64,000 bases of DNA, taken from contig NIVC01000352.1 of the NCBI GenBank assembly GCA_002269645.1, positions 557,794 to 621,793 on the forward strand. The letters are read 5' to 3'. Each line of letters opens with the position of its first letter. Within the stretch, counting starts at the first letter, position 1. Below are positions 52,586 to 63,765 of the stretch, piece by piece. Source of the DNA: Macrostomum lignano (Eukaryota). The notes beneath the pieces were generated by a model that ran no database searches, was not told the DNA's origin, and worked only from the letters and a program-made list of their open reading frames with translations. The translations under genes and the position numbers were made by a program.

Positions 52586-54617
52586 TGATAAATAGAAAAA
52601 TATGTAAGTAGATGAATAGAAAAGTAACCCTAGCTTTCTTGTGAATTTCCATACAAGCACTAATAGAAATAGAAAGTGCTTCTCATCTTCTTGATCACTC
52701 TAAATATTGATTCAAAAACTTCAACCTACTAAAAGGTATTGCAGATCTACTTCATGTTTTGACCCTTAGTTCTTTTTGAGTGACGATAAGTTCGAAGTAG
52801 ATTCAGTCAATTTCAAGCTCGATTGGACTTTTGCGCTTCTCAATACTCTGTTTCGCATCAACCGAATTGCGATGATTTCAAAGCAAATTTCTCGAATGAA
52901 AGAAAGTGCACCCATGGAATAATCGGCGCGCTGTCGGCTCGATATTCGAAACTGTCTGGGCATTTTTAATCGCTACTTGATGGCTTTTCCGTTCCAAAAA
53001 ATTCATCGCGGAACACAAAGCGGCAAGAAGCACTAAATTGCGCTGCTGTATGACATTGAACTGATTGGATATGCAACACACGGTTGGCTTGTCTTTCTAG
53101 CTAATTTAATTCCAGGTAGCTAGCAATTTCACTTCATGCGATAGTCAAGCTCAAGGTACTAGCTTCAGTTACCAAGTAAAAAGGCAAAATATTAAATGCT
53201 TAGGACAGGAGAACTGTGTGGCTTGGCTCTGTTGGTATAGCTGTGTGCCATGCTAATGAGGGCACATGCATGCAATTTTTCACATTTTTTGGCTCGGTTT
53301 TCTATGCAAGAAAATTATACAGCGATACAACGTCAAATGGGCTTTTCAAGACTTATTCAAGAAAAATATAGCGCGTAGTTATTCGCTATAAGAATTCACT
53401 TCAAGGCGCTGTTAGGCAGGCTTAGGTAGGTGACTTAGGTCTCGTATAGTTGTAACTTGTGAGTGTGTCATTAATTATTCCTATGCAATGTCAATAGGCT
53501 CTGTATATTATACGAGCGCGACAAAGAGGAAACGCGCTTCTCGGGGTTTGCTTGTCAGGTAACAGTAACAGGGCTGGCTCTCCGCGTAGCTGGTTGCTTT
53601 TCTCACTGAAATAACTCAGTCATTGCGTCTCACTTGTCATGCCCGCCCGTCTCCAGGTCCCTATCCTGGCTCTCTAATGCAGTCTTTTTATCCATATCTT
53701 TGCAATGCATCTTTTAGCCATGATCCGGTATCTTCAATTCATTCAGGTTTCTCTCTCTCTCTCTCCCATCTCTCCCAGAACTGATCGATTCAAAAGTGTG
53801 TACTTTCTACGCGTCAAAGTTTAGTTATTGTTAGTCCCCAGTCAGTTTGCGAACCAGAGAGCTCACTAATAGTGAATAATAATAGTTGGATATTTTTCTC
53901 TTCCCCAACTGCACTGTAACCGACACTTTCAGACTTAATTGGAGCACGCGCTGAGAACTATATACTGTTTCTCACTGAATCCTGCTAGTGGCAATTCCAT
54001 ATTTGGCTATAGCTTGGGTTGGGACTGGCCTCTAAGATTCATTTCCATAGTTGTTTAGTTCTATCTTGTCATTAGAACATAGAGCGATGCGACCGAATGC
54101 AAACACGGAGGCTATTGATTCGCTTGGGTCACGGTGAGGAGTCGAATGAAACTAGGTAGGCGTTATATTAGCTGTCGCCGTCGTCTCCTTGGTGTACACC
54201 CCGCGGGAATCGCAGCATTATTGATAGTATAGGAAAGGGAGCGGTGGATCTGAGAGAGACCAAGCGAAGGGTGAGCGCGCACACACGCATTTCGTCCCTT
54301 CCACCTTAATCCCTCCAATCCGCACTCACTTCAGTCAGCCTTTCCCGTTCCCATTTGCTTCAGTGTTCAATGTGTATCCCCTATTTTATGTCCTTCAGCC
54401 AGTGTGTCACCTGCCCGTTCGCGTTCACCTCTCTTTCCCGTCACCTCCCCTCTCCAGTTTCTGGCTTAAATAAAGCCTTTATTGTAGCTGAGTGGCAAGA
54501 GGCCTTCCTTCACGCTCCCAACTGCAGCCATTTTTTACAAGCGGTAGGAGGAATATTCTTTATCAAGCCTCTGCTACGACATCCTCACCCACAGGGACAG
54601 TTACGAAGCTGCACGTC

Positions 54618-55646
54618 ATGTCAAAAAATTCGGTTTACCTGGTTCTAGCAGCAACTCTGGCGGCGATATGCGCCGTTTCTGATGCGACGCAACTCTGCTT
54701 AGATATGCAGACCGCAATCCAGGCCGAGGCCGCTAACGTTGTTATCTGCGGGTTTCCAAGGTCGTCTTATAGCACCGGCGGCATTGAGACAGCAAGAATA
54801 CCAGTTGCCTGTCATCGAAAAGCTACAGGCATCGCCAGCCTACTTCAAGCTGAGGCCGGCTACCAAAATATTCAGGATTCTATGGATATTTGTTTCATGA
54901 GCTTGAAGCCTAATGATGAGGGCATTACGATTTTTAACATTGACCTGGTCGAAGACAATTATGGTGATGCTTTTAAAAAGCGAGAAATTTGTCTGCAGGA
55001 CTCGGTTGCGGAGATTGTCGGAATCTCGTCGGGCTTTGCGATCAAAGGCCCAATCAGCAGCATCAACCCGGCCGTGTTTGCTGACACTGGATCGCCGCAA
55101 AGGGCTCAGCTTAAGAACCTGTACCTGGCCTTTACCGAACTGCAGACTCTAGATTTGTCTCTGTTGAAGCCATTGAATCTGCAAGAGCTTTTTCTCGTCA
55201 ATAATTCTAAACTGACTCGGATTGTTAACTACAAAGACGCTCCAATGTCCGATTTGACAACTTTCATCTCGTGGAATAATAACCCGTCGCTGATTGACTG
55301 TCGCAATCTGCTTGGTCTGCCTAGTACTATAACAAAAATCGGCATTCTGCAGAAAGGCCTAAATAATAGTTGCGCCCAGTGCCATCTGCCGAAAAAATGC
55401 GAGCTGCTGGTCAGAATGAATGAGCCAGAGTTGAAATATTTTCCTGGCTTAGGTTCGCAATCGCAAAATTTTCCTTTTCCTATGGAACATATGAAATTTC
55501 GTCCAGCGACCTTCCTTCCTGAATTTGTGCCCTACAAGTCGTACAATATTGCTCCAGAAACCACAAAAGCAGCCACCTGTCAGACGGAATGCAGTTGTCA
55601 AAAGTGGCCTCCGCCAGGTAAGAAGCTAAATGATTCAATAGACTAA
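54618..55646 (+). CDS. Intronless putative secreted, Cys-containing protein with degenerate leucine-rich repeats, 342 aa
   Basis: Non-repetitive 1029 nt ORF. The N-terminus MSKNSVYLVLAATLAAICAVSDA looks like a signal peptide. LKNLYLAFTELQTLDLSLLKPLNLQELFLVNNSKLTRI fits the LxxLxLxxN pattern. The ORF-track start at 54492 is probably an upstream extension. Confidence 0.7.
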   Translation: MSKNSVYLVLAATLAAICAVSDATQLCLDMQTAIQAEAANVVICGFPRSSYSTGGIETARIPVACHRKATGIASLLQAEAGYQNIQDSMDICFMSLKPNDEGITIFNIDLVEDNYGDAFKKREICLQDSVAEIVGISSGFAIKGPISSINPAVFADTGSPQRAQLKNLYLAFTELQTLDLSLLKPLNLQELFLVNNSKLTRIVNYKDAPMSDLTTFISWNNNPSLIDCRNLLGLPSTITKIGILQKGLNNSCAQCHLPKKCELLVRMNEPELKYFPGLGSQSQNFPFPMEHMKFRPATFLPEFVPYKSYNIAPETTKAATCQTECSCQKWPPPGKKLNDSID

Positions 55647-55871
55647 ACTTTTGCTTATTCAAATGTTTTTTGAGTGGCTGGCGTGTGTCAAAGTCAAACT
55701 TTTGAAAAGTTCTTGGAAGTCGATTTTGACGTTAGATACACAATTTTGGCATAGCTGTAGTTCGTGTCGTTCAGATTGGTGCCCCGACGTTCAAAGTGCC
55801 TCAAATAATTTGAGGGGTGCCACTGTGAGGATTTCATAGTCTCTGGCGCTCTCTAAACGTTACTGGCTAGA

Positions 55872-55982
55872 TGGTTGCCAGTTAGGGAGGTTGCCAGTTA
55901 GGGGGTTTCCAGTTAGGGAGGTTGCCAGTTGGGAAGGTTGCCAGTTGGGAAGGTTGCCAGTTGGGAAGGTTGCCAGTTGGAA
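55872..55982. repeat. 16 bp minisatellite (GGTTGCCAGTTAGGGA/GGTTGCCAGTTGGGAA)
   Basis: About 7 tandem copies. Confidence 0.9.
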
Positions 55983-56379
55983 AGATTCATCCCGACGGCA
56001 GTCTCATTCCGACGGCGCTTTTTGCGCCAGCAAGTTTAGCGGCAGAGGATCAGCATATTAGAAGATCAAAGTGCGCAGAAGCCGAGCGTGGAAATGTCAG
56101 GTTAAGCACTTCCTAGACTTTAAGACAAAATAATTTTTAGTCTACATCTTCGCCATTTCTTTTATTTTCGGATAGCGAAATACGAGTAGTTTACAACAGA
56201 CTTTTAGAGGATCACACGGGTGCGTCTGACTTCGTCTGGTTTGTCTTAACTCGCATTTCAAGAATTGCGTTCAGCTCGATTTTTAAGACTTGATTTCGAA
56301 TTAGCTCGTACAACGCGCTTGTCTATCCGAATCTTTGAAAGCTTTCATACTTTCTCGAAAGGTCACTTTCATGAATTTA

Positions 56380-56503
56380 CAGGGTGGCCTACGTAACGTG
56401 CCTGATGAAACAGGGTGACGACTCGACTGTCCGTTAAAATTTTGTCAACATTGGTTGCAAATCAAAAAAGTTATTAACGTTACGCGTTACGTGGGCCACC
56501 CAG
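56380..56503. mobile_element. 124 bp Tc1/mariner-type MITE
   Basis: TA|CAGGGTGGCCTACGTAACG ... CGTTACGTGGGCCACCCAG|TA: 19 bp TIRs with 2 mismatches and TA on both sides. Confidence 0.75.
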
Positions 56504-56734
56504 TATAATCTTAACTTTGAAACCTCGTTATTTGTCAAACCCACATTAGAAATGCTTTCGTTTTCCGTCATACTTTCAAAATTTTTAATGATAGTGATTA
56601 AAATTGGGACTGCGATGATTGACTGCCAGTGACAATTGACTCTCAGTGATAATTGGCTATCAGTGACAATTGACTGCTAGTGACAATAGTAGAAGGCATG
56701 AGGGGGCTTTTGGGACAAAATTTTTCACATCCTC

Positions 56735-56943
56735 CATAATCCCATTAAATCCATCCATATTATCCCTGACAGAATCAGAAAAAAAGGGGGGTCGCACCTG
56801 CTCACAAAACCTCCTCCATAATCCCATTAAATCCATCCATATTATCCCTGACAGAATCATGAAAAAGGGGAGGGGCCGCACTTGCTCCGAAAACTTCGAA
56901 CATAATCCCATTAAATCCATCCATATTATCCCTGACAGAATCA
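56735..56943. repeat. Three identical 43 bp direct repeats with an 82-84 bp period, probably subterminal repeats of the Polinton
   Basis: CATAATCCCATTAAATCCATCCATATTATCCCTGACAGAATCA at 56735, 56817 and 56901; the intervening sequences resemble each other. Confidence 0.85.
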
Positions 56944-57159
56944 GAGCAGGTGTCCACTGATACCTGTTATGCTCACTGTGGACACCTGTTATGCTCACTG
57001 ACACTGACATAATCCACTATCATCCACCAGAAACAATCAGAAAATAATCTGTATTCTTCTCCCCACATTCAATTTGCAACACGAAACCAGATCCCTAAGA
57101 CTTTAAATTATCAGCGCAGGGTCCTTACCCTTTGAAAAAAAATTAAATTCTCAATAAAA

Positions 57160-57402
57160 ATGTTTCCAGTTGTCTCTCCAGGTTCTTATTATACTCAGCC
57201 TAATCCATTGTACAAATCCAAGTACCGATGCAAACTTGAATGCAGCGAGTACATGAGAAAATATTGGCCTGACGTTGATATCAATGTCCCTAATATTAAT
57301 CAAGCTCTCCAAAGACACTGGTTTCATAAGTATGGAGTAACCTACGTAAAAGATTACGACAGCTACTATAACTTTGCAGAAATCATTAGGCAGTTGCGTT
57401 AA
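57160..57402 (+). CDS. Small uncharacterised ORF (80 aa, Tyr-rich), possibly belonging to the Polinton
   Basis: Non-repetitive ATG-to-TAA ORF with an AT-rich upstream region like the other viral genes; no recognised motif. Confidence 0.4.
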   Translation: MFPVVSPGSYYTQPNPLYKSKYRCKLECSEYMRKYWPDVDINVPNINQALQRHWFHKYGVTYVKDYDSYYNFAEIIRQLR

Positions 57403-57414
57403 AAAACCGAAAAA

Positions 57415-57525
57415 CCAAAAGGCCAAAAGGCCAAAAGGCCAAAAAGGCCAAAAGGCCAAAAGGCCAAAAAGGCCAAAAGGCCAAAAGGCCAAAAAGGCCA
57501 AAAGGCCAAAAGGCCAAAAGGCCGA
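57415..57525. repeat. 8/9 bp repeat (AAGGCCAAA[A]) followed by inverted copies
   Basis: The array is followed by TTTTGGCCTT and TCTGGCCTT within 70 bp. Confidence 0.9.
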
Positions 57526-57614
57526 AATCGTTTTCATTTTGGCCTTGCGCGAGGCCGAAATCGTTTGCATTCTGGCCTTCCCTCGAGACGGAATTCTTCC
57601 TCGGCTGGGCTCAG

Positions 57615-58139
57615 TTAAAGTGAAAATCTCTCTCCCCCCACGCGCGCTCTCTCTACCCCCATATCTTTCAAAAGTCTTCCCAATTCATTGTTAGGAGCGC
57701 ACAAAATAAACCCCGCTCCTGAGCCTCCGCCCTCTCTCCTCGTGCACCAGCCCTCTCTCCCTGTGCACCCGCCCTCGCCTTCAACCCCCAACCCCAACTT
57801 TGTTTTACCAAAAATAACAGCTTTAACTAATTTCCGAGCAATAGACTCGCGAAATCCGCTTGAAATCCCCATATTGTCGAGTCTCCTGAGCATTTCTTTG
57901 TCCCAGCGATTCTTCTCCTCAGGAAAATCTCTATACTTAACGTCGTGCCACATGCAGACAGAGTCTAGCTCATTCACAGGCTCATGCCCAGGATTTGGGT
58001 TGTTGTTTCCATCCAGCTGTATTTCAAGAGGATTCAAAGGCCCGCAATATTTTTAGCCGGGAAGTGTCCAGCCTTTGTTTGGATGAGGAAGCTTTTCTAT
58101 CAGTCCATGTGAATCTATTTTACCACCAGAGCGTTGCAT
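57615..58139 (-). pseudogene. Parvovirus VP1u-type phospholipase A2 (Polinton/adintovirus PLA2) with one in-frame stop
   Basis: From ATG 58139: MQRSGGKIDSHGLIEKLPHPNKGWTLPG*KYCGPLNPL...EPVNELDSVCMWHDVKY...WDKEML...KLVKAVIFGKTKLGLG. The Ca-loop YCGP and the catalytic HD and D residues are present. TAA at 58055-58053 sits where Tyr is expected (LPGYKY). Confidence 0.85.
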
Positions 58140-58169
58140 TATTTTATTTAAAATATTCTTTTTAAATAA

Positions 58170-59206
58170 ATGACAGATCAGAAACTTAAAAAACTCTACT
58201 ACAGCGACAAAGGATTCTTTGTAGGCAAAAATGCCGTTAGTAAACTCATGGAGCTGAGTGAGGAGCCAAAAGCTACAGTAGAAAAATGGCTCTCTAAGCA
58301 GGCTGTCTTTCAAGTCTATTTCCCACCAGTAAAATTTGAAAGGCCCCATTTCAGTATTTATAAACCTAATGAGGCGCACCAAGCAGATCTTCTGTTTCTC
58401 CCAATGACTCGGGCTACAAGTATGCTCTCACAGTAATAGACATTGCTTCCAGATATAAGGAAGCTCGCCCACTCAAGACGAAGAAGTCAGAGGTTGTTGC
58501 CAGCGCACTGCAAGATATTTATAAAAACTCTCCGCTCACATACCCCCAAATCTTTATGACCGACCCGGGTAAGGAATTCATGGGTGTAGTGAAATCCCTT
58601 ATGGAAAAGAAAAACACAGAGATTCGCTATGGCAGAACAAACTTGCACAGAGACCAGGCTTTTGTGGAAAGATTCAATCTAACTCTAGCCAAGAGGCTAT
58701 TCACTAAGCAGACAGCTGAAGAGCTGAAACTAAAAAGTGGTCAGTACTATACCAAGTGGACAGACCGGCTCCCCACTGTTATAGAGCAACTGAACAATGA
58801 AGTCACACGCATGACTGGATTGAAACCATCCCATGCAATTAAACAAGACACTGTCGAACTTAAGGCATCTCATAGAACAGACAACAACACGACAACCCCA
58901 CACAACACACACAACACAAAACACACCTCGAACTACCCTAAGCTTCCAGGAGTTGAATCACCATACATACTGACAAACTCTGAGTTTCTACGCTTTTTAT
59001 ATCTACCTGGAGAGCTAGAGAAGGACACCAAAAGAAGAGCTACAGATCCATACTTCAGCCTTGATGTACATAAAATAGACAGACATTTTACCTCCGACTC
59101 CGGTGACTATTACTTTTTATCTCAGGCCTTTAACCCTAAATCCCCCATGCGGTCATTCACTAGAGCTGAACTCCTAGTGATACCAGCTGATACAGAAATT
59201 AATTAA
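58170..59206 (+). pseudogene. Retroviral-like (rve, DDE) integrase of Polinton type, one frameshift near 58403
   Basis: KPNEAHQADLLFLP / NDSGYKYALTVIDIASRYKEARPL...TDPGKEF...QAFVERFNLTLAKRLF. ORFs 58170..58436 and 58556..59206 join with a single-base shift. Confidence 0.92.
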
Positions 59207-59222
59207 AATATTAAAATAAAAA

Positions 59223-59581
59223 ATGGCAAAGATTGAAACCAGAACCATCAATAAACTCAATAAAATCATTGAATCAAAGAAACCAGGTATTATATCAATT
59301 AAAGGTGCCAAAGTAAAAATCGATCCCACGCAGCAAATAGTTCAGTGTAATGAACAAAGACACAGCATCACAGATGAAAAGTCAGGAGGAATCCTACCAT
59401 TAGCAGCTCTTATTCCGATCATTGCAGGCGCTGTAAGTGCCGCAGGTGGTGTAGCTGGAGGTGTAGCAACTGCTGTTAAAGCTGGAATGATAGAGCCCAC
59501 CAGCTGGAATTGCAAAAGATTGCAAGAGACAAAGGTATAACAATTAAGGCAGGAGAGGGCTGCCCTGATTTGATGATGTGA
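59223..59581 (+). CDS. Adenovirus core protein X (pX/mu)-like virion protein; probable frameshift near 59486
   Basis: KSGG|ILPLAALIPIIAGAVSAAGGVAGGVATAV resembles the adenovirus pX C-terminus (MRGG|ILPLLIPLIAAAIGA, recalled) and includes an xxGG maturation-protease site. The shifted frame continues NDRAHQLELQKIARDKG. Confidence 0.72.
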
Positions 59582-59797
59582 TGATTGTGAGCATGAAAAT
59601 TCTGTAAGCAAGTCTGACATTGTCAAAGCATCATGACACTGCACAATGCTGGGTTTACAATAATGCGCATGTGATGAGGTTTAAAACCCCACTTTATCCA
59701 GCTTCATAAACCTAACGCTACTGATAGGATGTAGAAACAGTTCAACTTTTCTATCAGGGTGGTCACCCTCAAAATTTTTTTTATTTTAGAGAAAAAA

Positions 59798-62700
59798 ATG
59801 CCAAAAGCAATCCAGCAAAAGATTTAGTCAACAAACATTTTTCAAAAGGCGTCTCATTTCAAGACAAAAGTAATTACTAAGAGAAGCATGCAAACAAAAG
59901 TTTAACACCGACCCTGGTCACCTGGGAAGCTATGAAAAACAGTTGGAAATCATCAATCAATTAGAATCCAACCAGTATGCGCCTATACAAAATCCTGCAA
60001 AGGAACACCAAGAGAGGAGTCGCAACTTAGTTAACAAATACGAAACTCTCACTGGTGAAAAAGCAAAGTACCCACAAAATAAGCAGGAACAAGAGAAATT
60101 AGAGCAATTAATCCATTTAAAAGAGTCGGAGCTTGCCATTGAAGAGATTAATTTTGCACAGAGGAAGTTTACAGAACATTACATAGAGTACACAATCCCA
60201 ATTAACGGCACCAACGGTACCACCGCAAACATCTACGACTATAAAGACAGCATCCAATCAGTTGTTGATCACACACTCAAAACACGCAAGACTTTAAACT
60301 ACAGATATCATTCAAGATTGCGTTTTATATGCCTGCAAAACCCACTGAGCATCTCGAGTATTACATGACAACAAAGGCAAAGCCATTCACCCCTACAGAC
60401 ACACTGGATCCTTTCCTTCAAGATGTCACTAAGAAAATTGAAGCGTTTACATCCAGAGGTTCCGGATGGGTCGTGGAGGGATTCAAAGAGCGACTGTCAT
60501 GGTCATGAAATATGACCCACTTAAAGCCTCCTCTTATATAGAGCTCCCGCATAAGCTAGCCGGCAAAAAAGCTTGCATAAATGTTAAAAATAAAGACAAT
60601 TGCTGTGCTCTATGGGCAGTTCTTTCTGCACTTTATTAGTGTACCTCACCACCCCGAAAGAACCTCAAATTATCAAAATTATTTCAACTACTATCTCATC
60701 GAATGCGAAAAGAAGGGAATCAGGTTTGACAAAGGAGGCTTGGCGATCTCTCAGATCCCAAAGCTAGAAGAAGTGTTTAATAACAAAATTAGAATCACAG
60801 TCTTTGAGTGGAGTGAAAAAACTGAGAAAGTTCAACCGGTCAGATGTAGCAAAGACGTTTTAGATCCTGAGGGGAAAAGGCGGACTGAAGTGGATCTTCT
60901 AGTGATTGGTAATTTACTAGAGGAGGCTCACTATGTTTGGATTAAAGATCTTTCAAGACTCATTCACAAGCAGTTGAATAATCATCACGAGGCTGTTGCC
61001 ATCTGCCGCTTGTGCCTTAAGCATTACAGTGGACCTGAACGCTTTGAAAAACTAACAGAGCATGAATTATCATGTGACGATCACCCCACTAACTGCTCTC
61101 TTCCTTCAGCTGAAGAGAAGTATCTCCGGTTTAAGAACTATCACAAGATGGAGAAGCTCCCATTTGTTGTATATGCTGATTTCGAATGCTCAATCATGCC
61201 AGAAACTCAAAAACAAACTCAAACTCAAAAACATATCCCCAATTCAGTAGCATATGCCTTTATTAATACAAAAGGACTTGTTGAGTATAATTATTTCTTT
61301 GGAGAGCAGTGTGTGGAGCAGTTTATTGCCAGAATGTTAGAGTTGCAAAGAGTAATTAGCACCCTTCAACCTGTTCCAATAATGATGACTGAGGAGGATG
61401 AAAGCAATTTCCTATCAGCAACTCATTGCCACATCTGCAGGAAACAGTTAACTTGCACTGATTTAAAAAACCCCACCGTTAGGGACCACTGCCACTTTAC
61501 TGGGAAATTTAGAGGTGCAGCGCATAACACCTGTAATCTAAAGCTAAAATCGAACATTCATGATCTAACGATATTTTGTCACAACGCAAAGAACTATGAC
61601 ATGCATTTAATAGTTGAAAAAATCGGCATGATTCCAGACATACACCTTGATTGCATCGCAGAGAACAAGGAGAAGTTTAAGTGTGTTGATATTAAACAGG
61701 ATAATTCGGGTAAAGGTAATTCGGTACAGGTAAAATAAGACTGAAGGATTCATATCAATTTCTAGCTGCCAGTCTAGACGAACTAAGCAAGAATCTAAAA
61801 GATGAACAATGTACATATACAAAGATGTTTGCAAGTAAAATTAACAACAGTGATGAATCATTTAAACTTTTAAGAAAAAGGCTTCTACCCCTATGAAAAT
61901 ATTACTGGGTATCACGTATTTGAAGAGGTTTACCACCACAGGAAAGTTCTTTTCAAAGCTAACAGACTCTGGAATCTCTGACAAAGACTATGAGCACGCG
62001 AAGCATGTCTATAATTACTTTAATTGTCAAAACTTCTTCCAGTATCACCTGCTTTACCTCTACACAGATGTGTTTCTGCTGGCCGATGTGTTTGAAACCT
62101 TCAGATACACCTGGTACACAGCATATGGCCTCGATCCAGCACATTATGTGTCTCTGCCTGCCACTAGCTGGGAATCTTTGCTTAAAATGAAATGGGATCA
62201 AGATCCAGATTGGTACATTGAACTTCTTACAGACATTGACATGTACAATTTTGTCGAATCGTCAAACGAGGGGGATCTCAATTTGCGTTAACAGGTATGC
62301 AAAAGCAAACAATCCCTACATTGAATCTTACAATAAGGAGCAGCCCTCAAACTACATTACTTACTTGGACGCTAATAATCTCTACGGGTGGGCGATGAGT
62401 CAAGATCTTCCAGTTAGAGATTTTCGATGGCTACCCTCATCAGAATTCAAACGGACTTTTCATTGGCTGCCATTTATGAGGTTGATGTTTACATTCCACC
62501 AGAGCTTCACGACTATTTCTCTGACTTTCCACCCTTCCCAGAGAACATCAAGTGCCCGAAAATAATCGAAACTCCCAATGATAATAATGGAACTTGGCAC
62601 CTGTCAGGAACAGAAAAAGAACATACAGAGAAACTAACACAGAATCTAAACAACAAGACACGTTACAAAATCCATTACAAACTGCTTCAGTATTTTATCT

Positions 62701-63647
62701 CACTTGGTTGCAGGGTCACCAAAGTTCACAGGGCTCTTACATTTACAGAGGAAGCGTGGATGAAACCCTACATTGATAAGAACACCCAGTTTAGGACCAA
62801 AGCAACCAACGACTTTGACAAGAACCTCTTTAAGTTGGCCAACAACTCTGTCTATGGCAAGACTCTTGAGAATGAGCGGAAAAGAACAAACCTGAAACTT
62901 GTTACCTCATCAGAGCCTGCTGTTATTCAGGCAAATATGTCAAAGCCAACATTCAAAGAACTCCATATCTTTAATAGCTACTTAGGTGTGATCATATTTT
63001 ACAAAACCAAGGTGACGCTGCGCAAGCCGATCTATACAGGTGTCACTGTTCTCGACGAATCAAAACGTCTGATGTACCAGTTCTTCTATGGCATGAAGCA
63101 GCAGTACAAGGATAAAATGAAACTCTTGTACACTGACACAGACAGTTTTATTATGGACATTCAAACAGAAGACATTTATCAGGACATGCTGCAGCAAAAA
63201 GATTTGTTTGACTTGTCTGAGTATGATGAATCTTGCAGGACACAGAATGGCGATCAAGTGTTTGACGCCACTAACAAGAAAGTGATTGGGAAAATGAAGG
63301 ACGAGATTGCTGGTGACATAATCACTGAATTCATTGGGTTGAGAGCAAAGTCCTATTTTGTAAAATGTGAGTCGTCAGACCCAATTAAAAAATCAAAGGG
63401 AATTCCGAAACGTGTGGTTAGGAAGGAAATTAATGAAGCTGAATACAGAGACGCCTTGAATTGCAACAAAAAGACATCACATGAGTTCTCAAAGCTACAA
63501 TCTAAAAACCATATTATTCACACAATTCAGCAAAAGAAGATTGGACTGTCAGGTGCAGATAACAAGAGATTCATTTTTGATGACAATATCAACAGTCTGC
63601 CGTTCGGGCACTGGAGATTAGGTTTAGGAGGTGGAGATTGGGTTTAG
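59798..63647 (+). pseudogene. Protein-primed family B DNA polymerase (pPolB) with an endonuclease VII-like zinc domain, multiple frameshifts
   Basis: ExoI YADFEC, ExoII CHNAKNYDMHL, ExoIII YTDVFLLADVF, PolA YLDANNLYGWAM, PolB KLANNSVYGK, PolC YTDTDS. The insert reads HCHIC...VRDHCHFTGKFRGAAHNTCNL, and SRGSGW...PLKASSYIELP lies upstream. Spread over ORFs 59943, 60581, 61893, 62218 and 62427. Confidence 0.95.
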
Positions 63648-63765
63648 GAGGTGGAGGTTAGGTTCGGGCACTGGATATGGATAGGAGGAGGTTAGATTCG
63701 GGCATTGGAGTTAGGAGTTAAGATTAGGTTTAGTTAAGAGAAAGTTTAATAAACCTCATAAAAAA

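Noticed and set aside
48600-52660. E/R-rich, L/S-rich and LSIY ORFs
   Set aside because: Translations of GA-rich and GATA repeats.
56735-56943. CRISPR-like pattern of 43 bp repeats with 39-41 bp spacers
   Set aside because: The spacers are homologous to each other, there are only three repeats, no cas genes are present and the context is eukaryotic.
57151-57694. ORFs with FWPFGLLA or KAKRPKGQ repeats
   Set aside because: Products of the AAGGCCAAA array.
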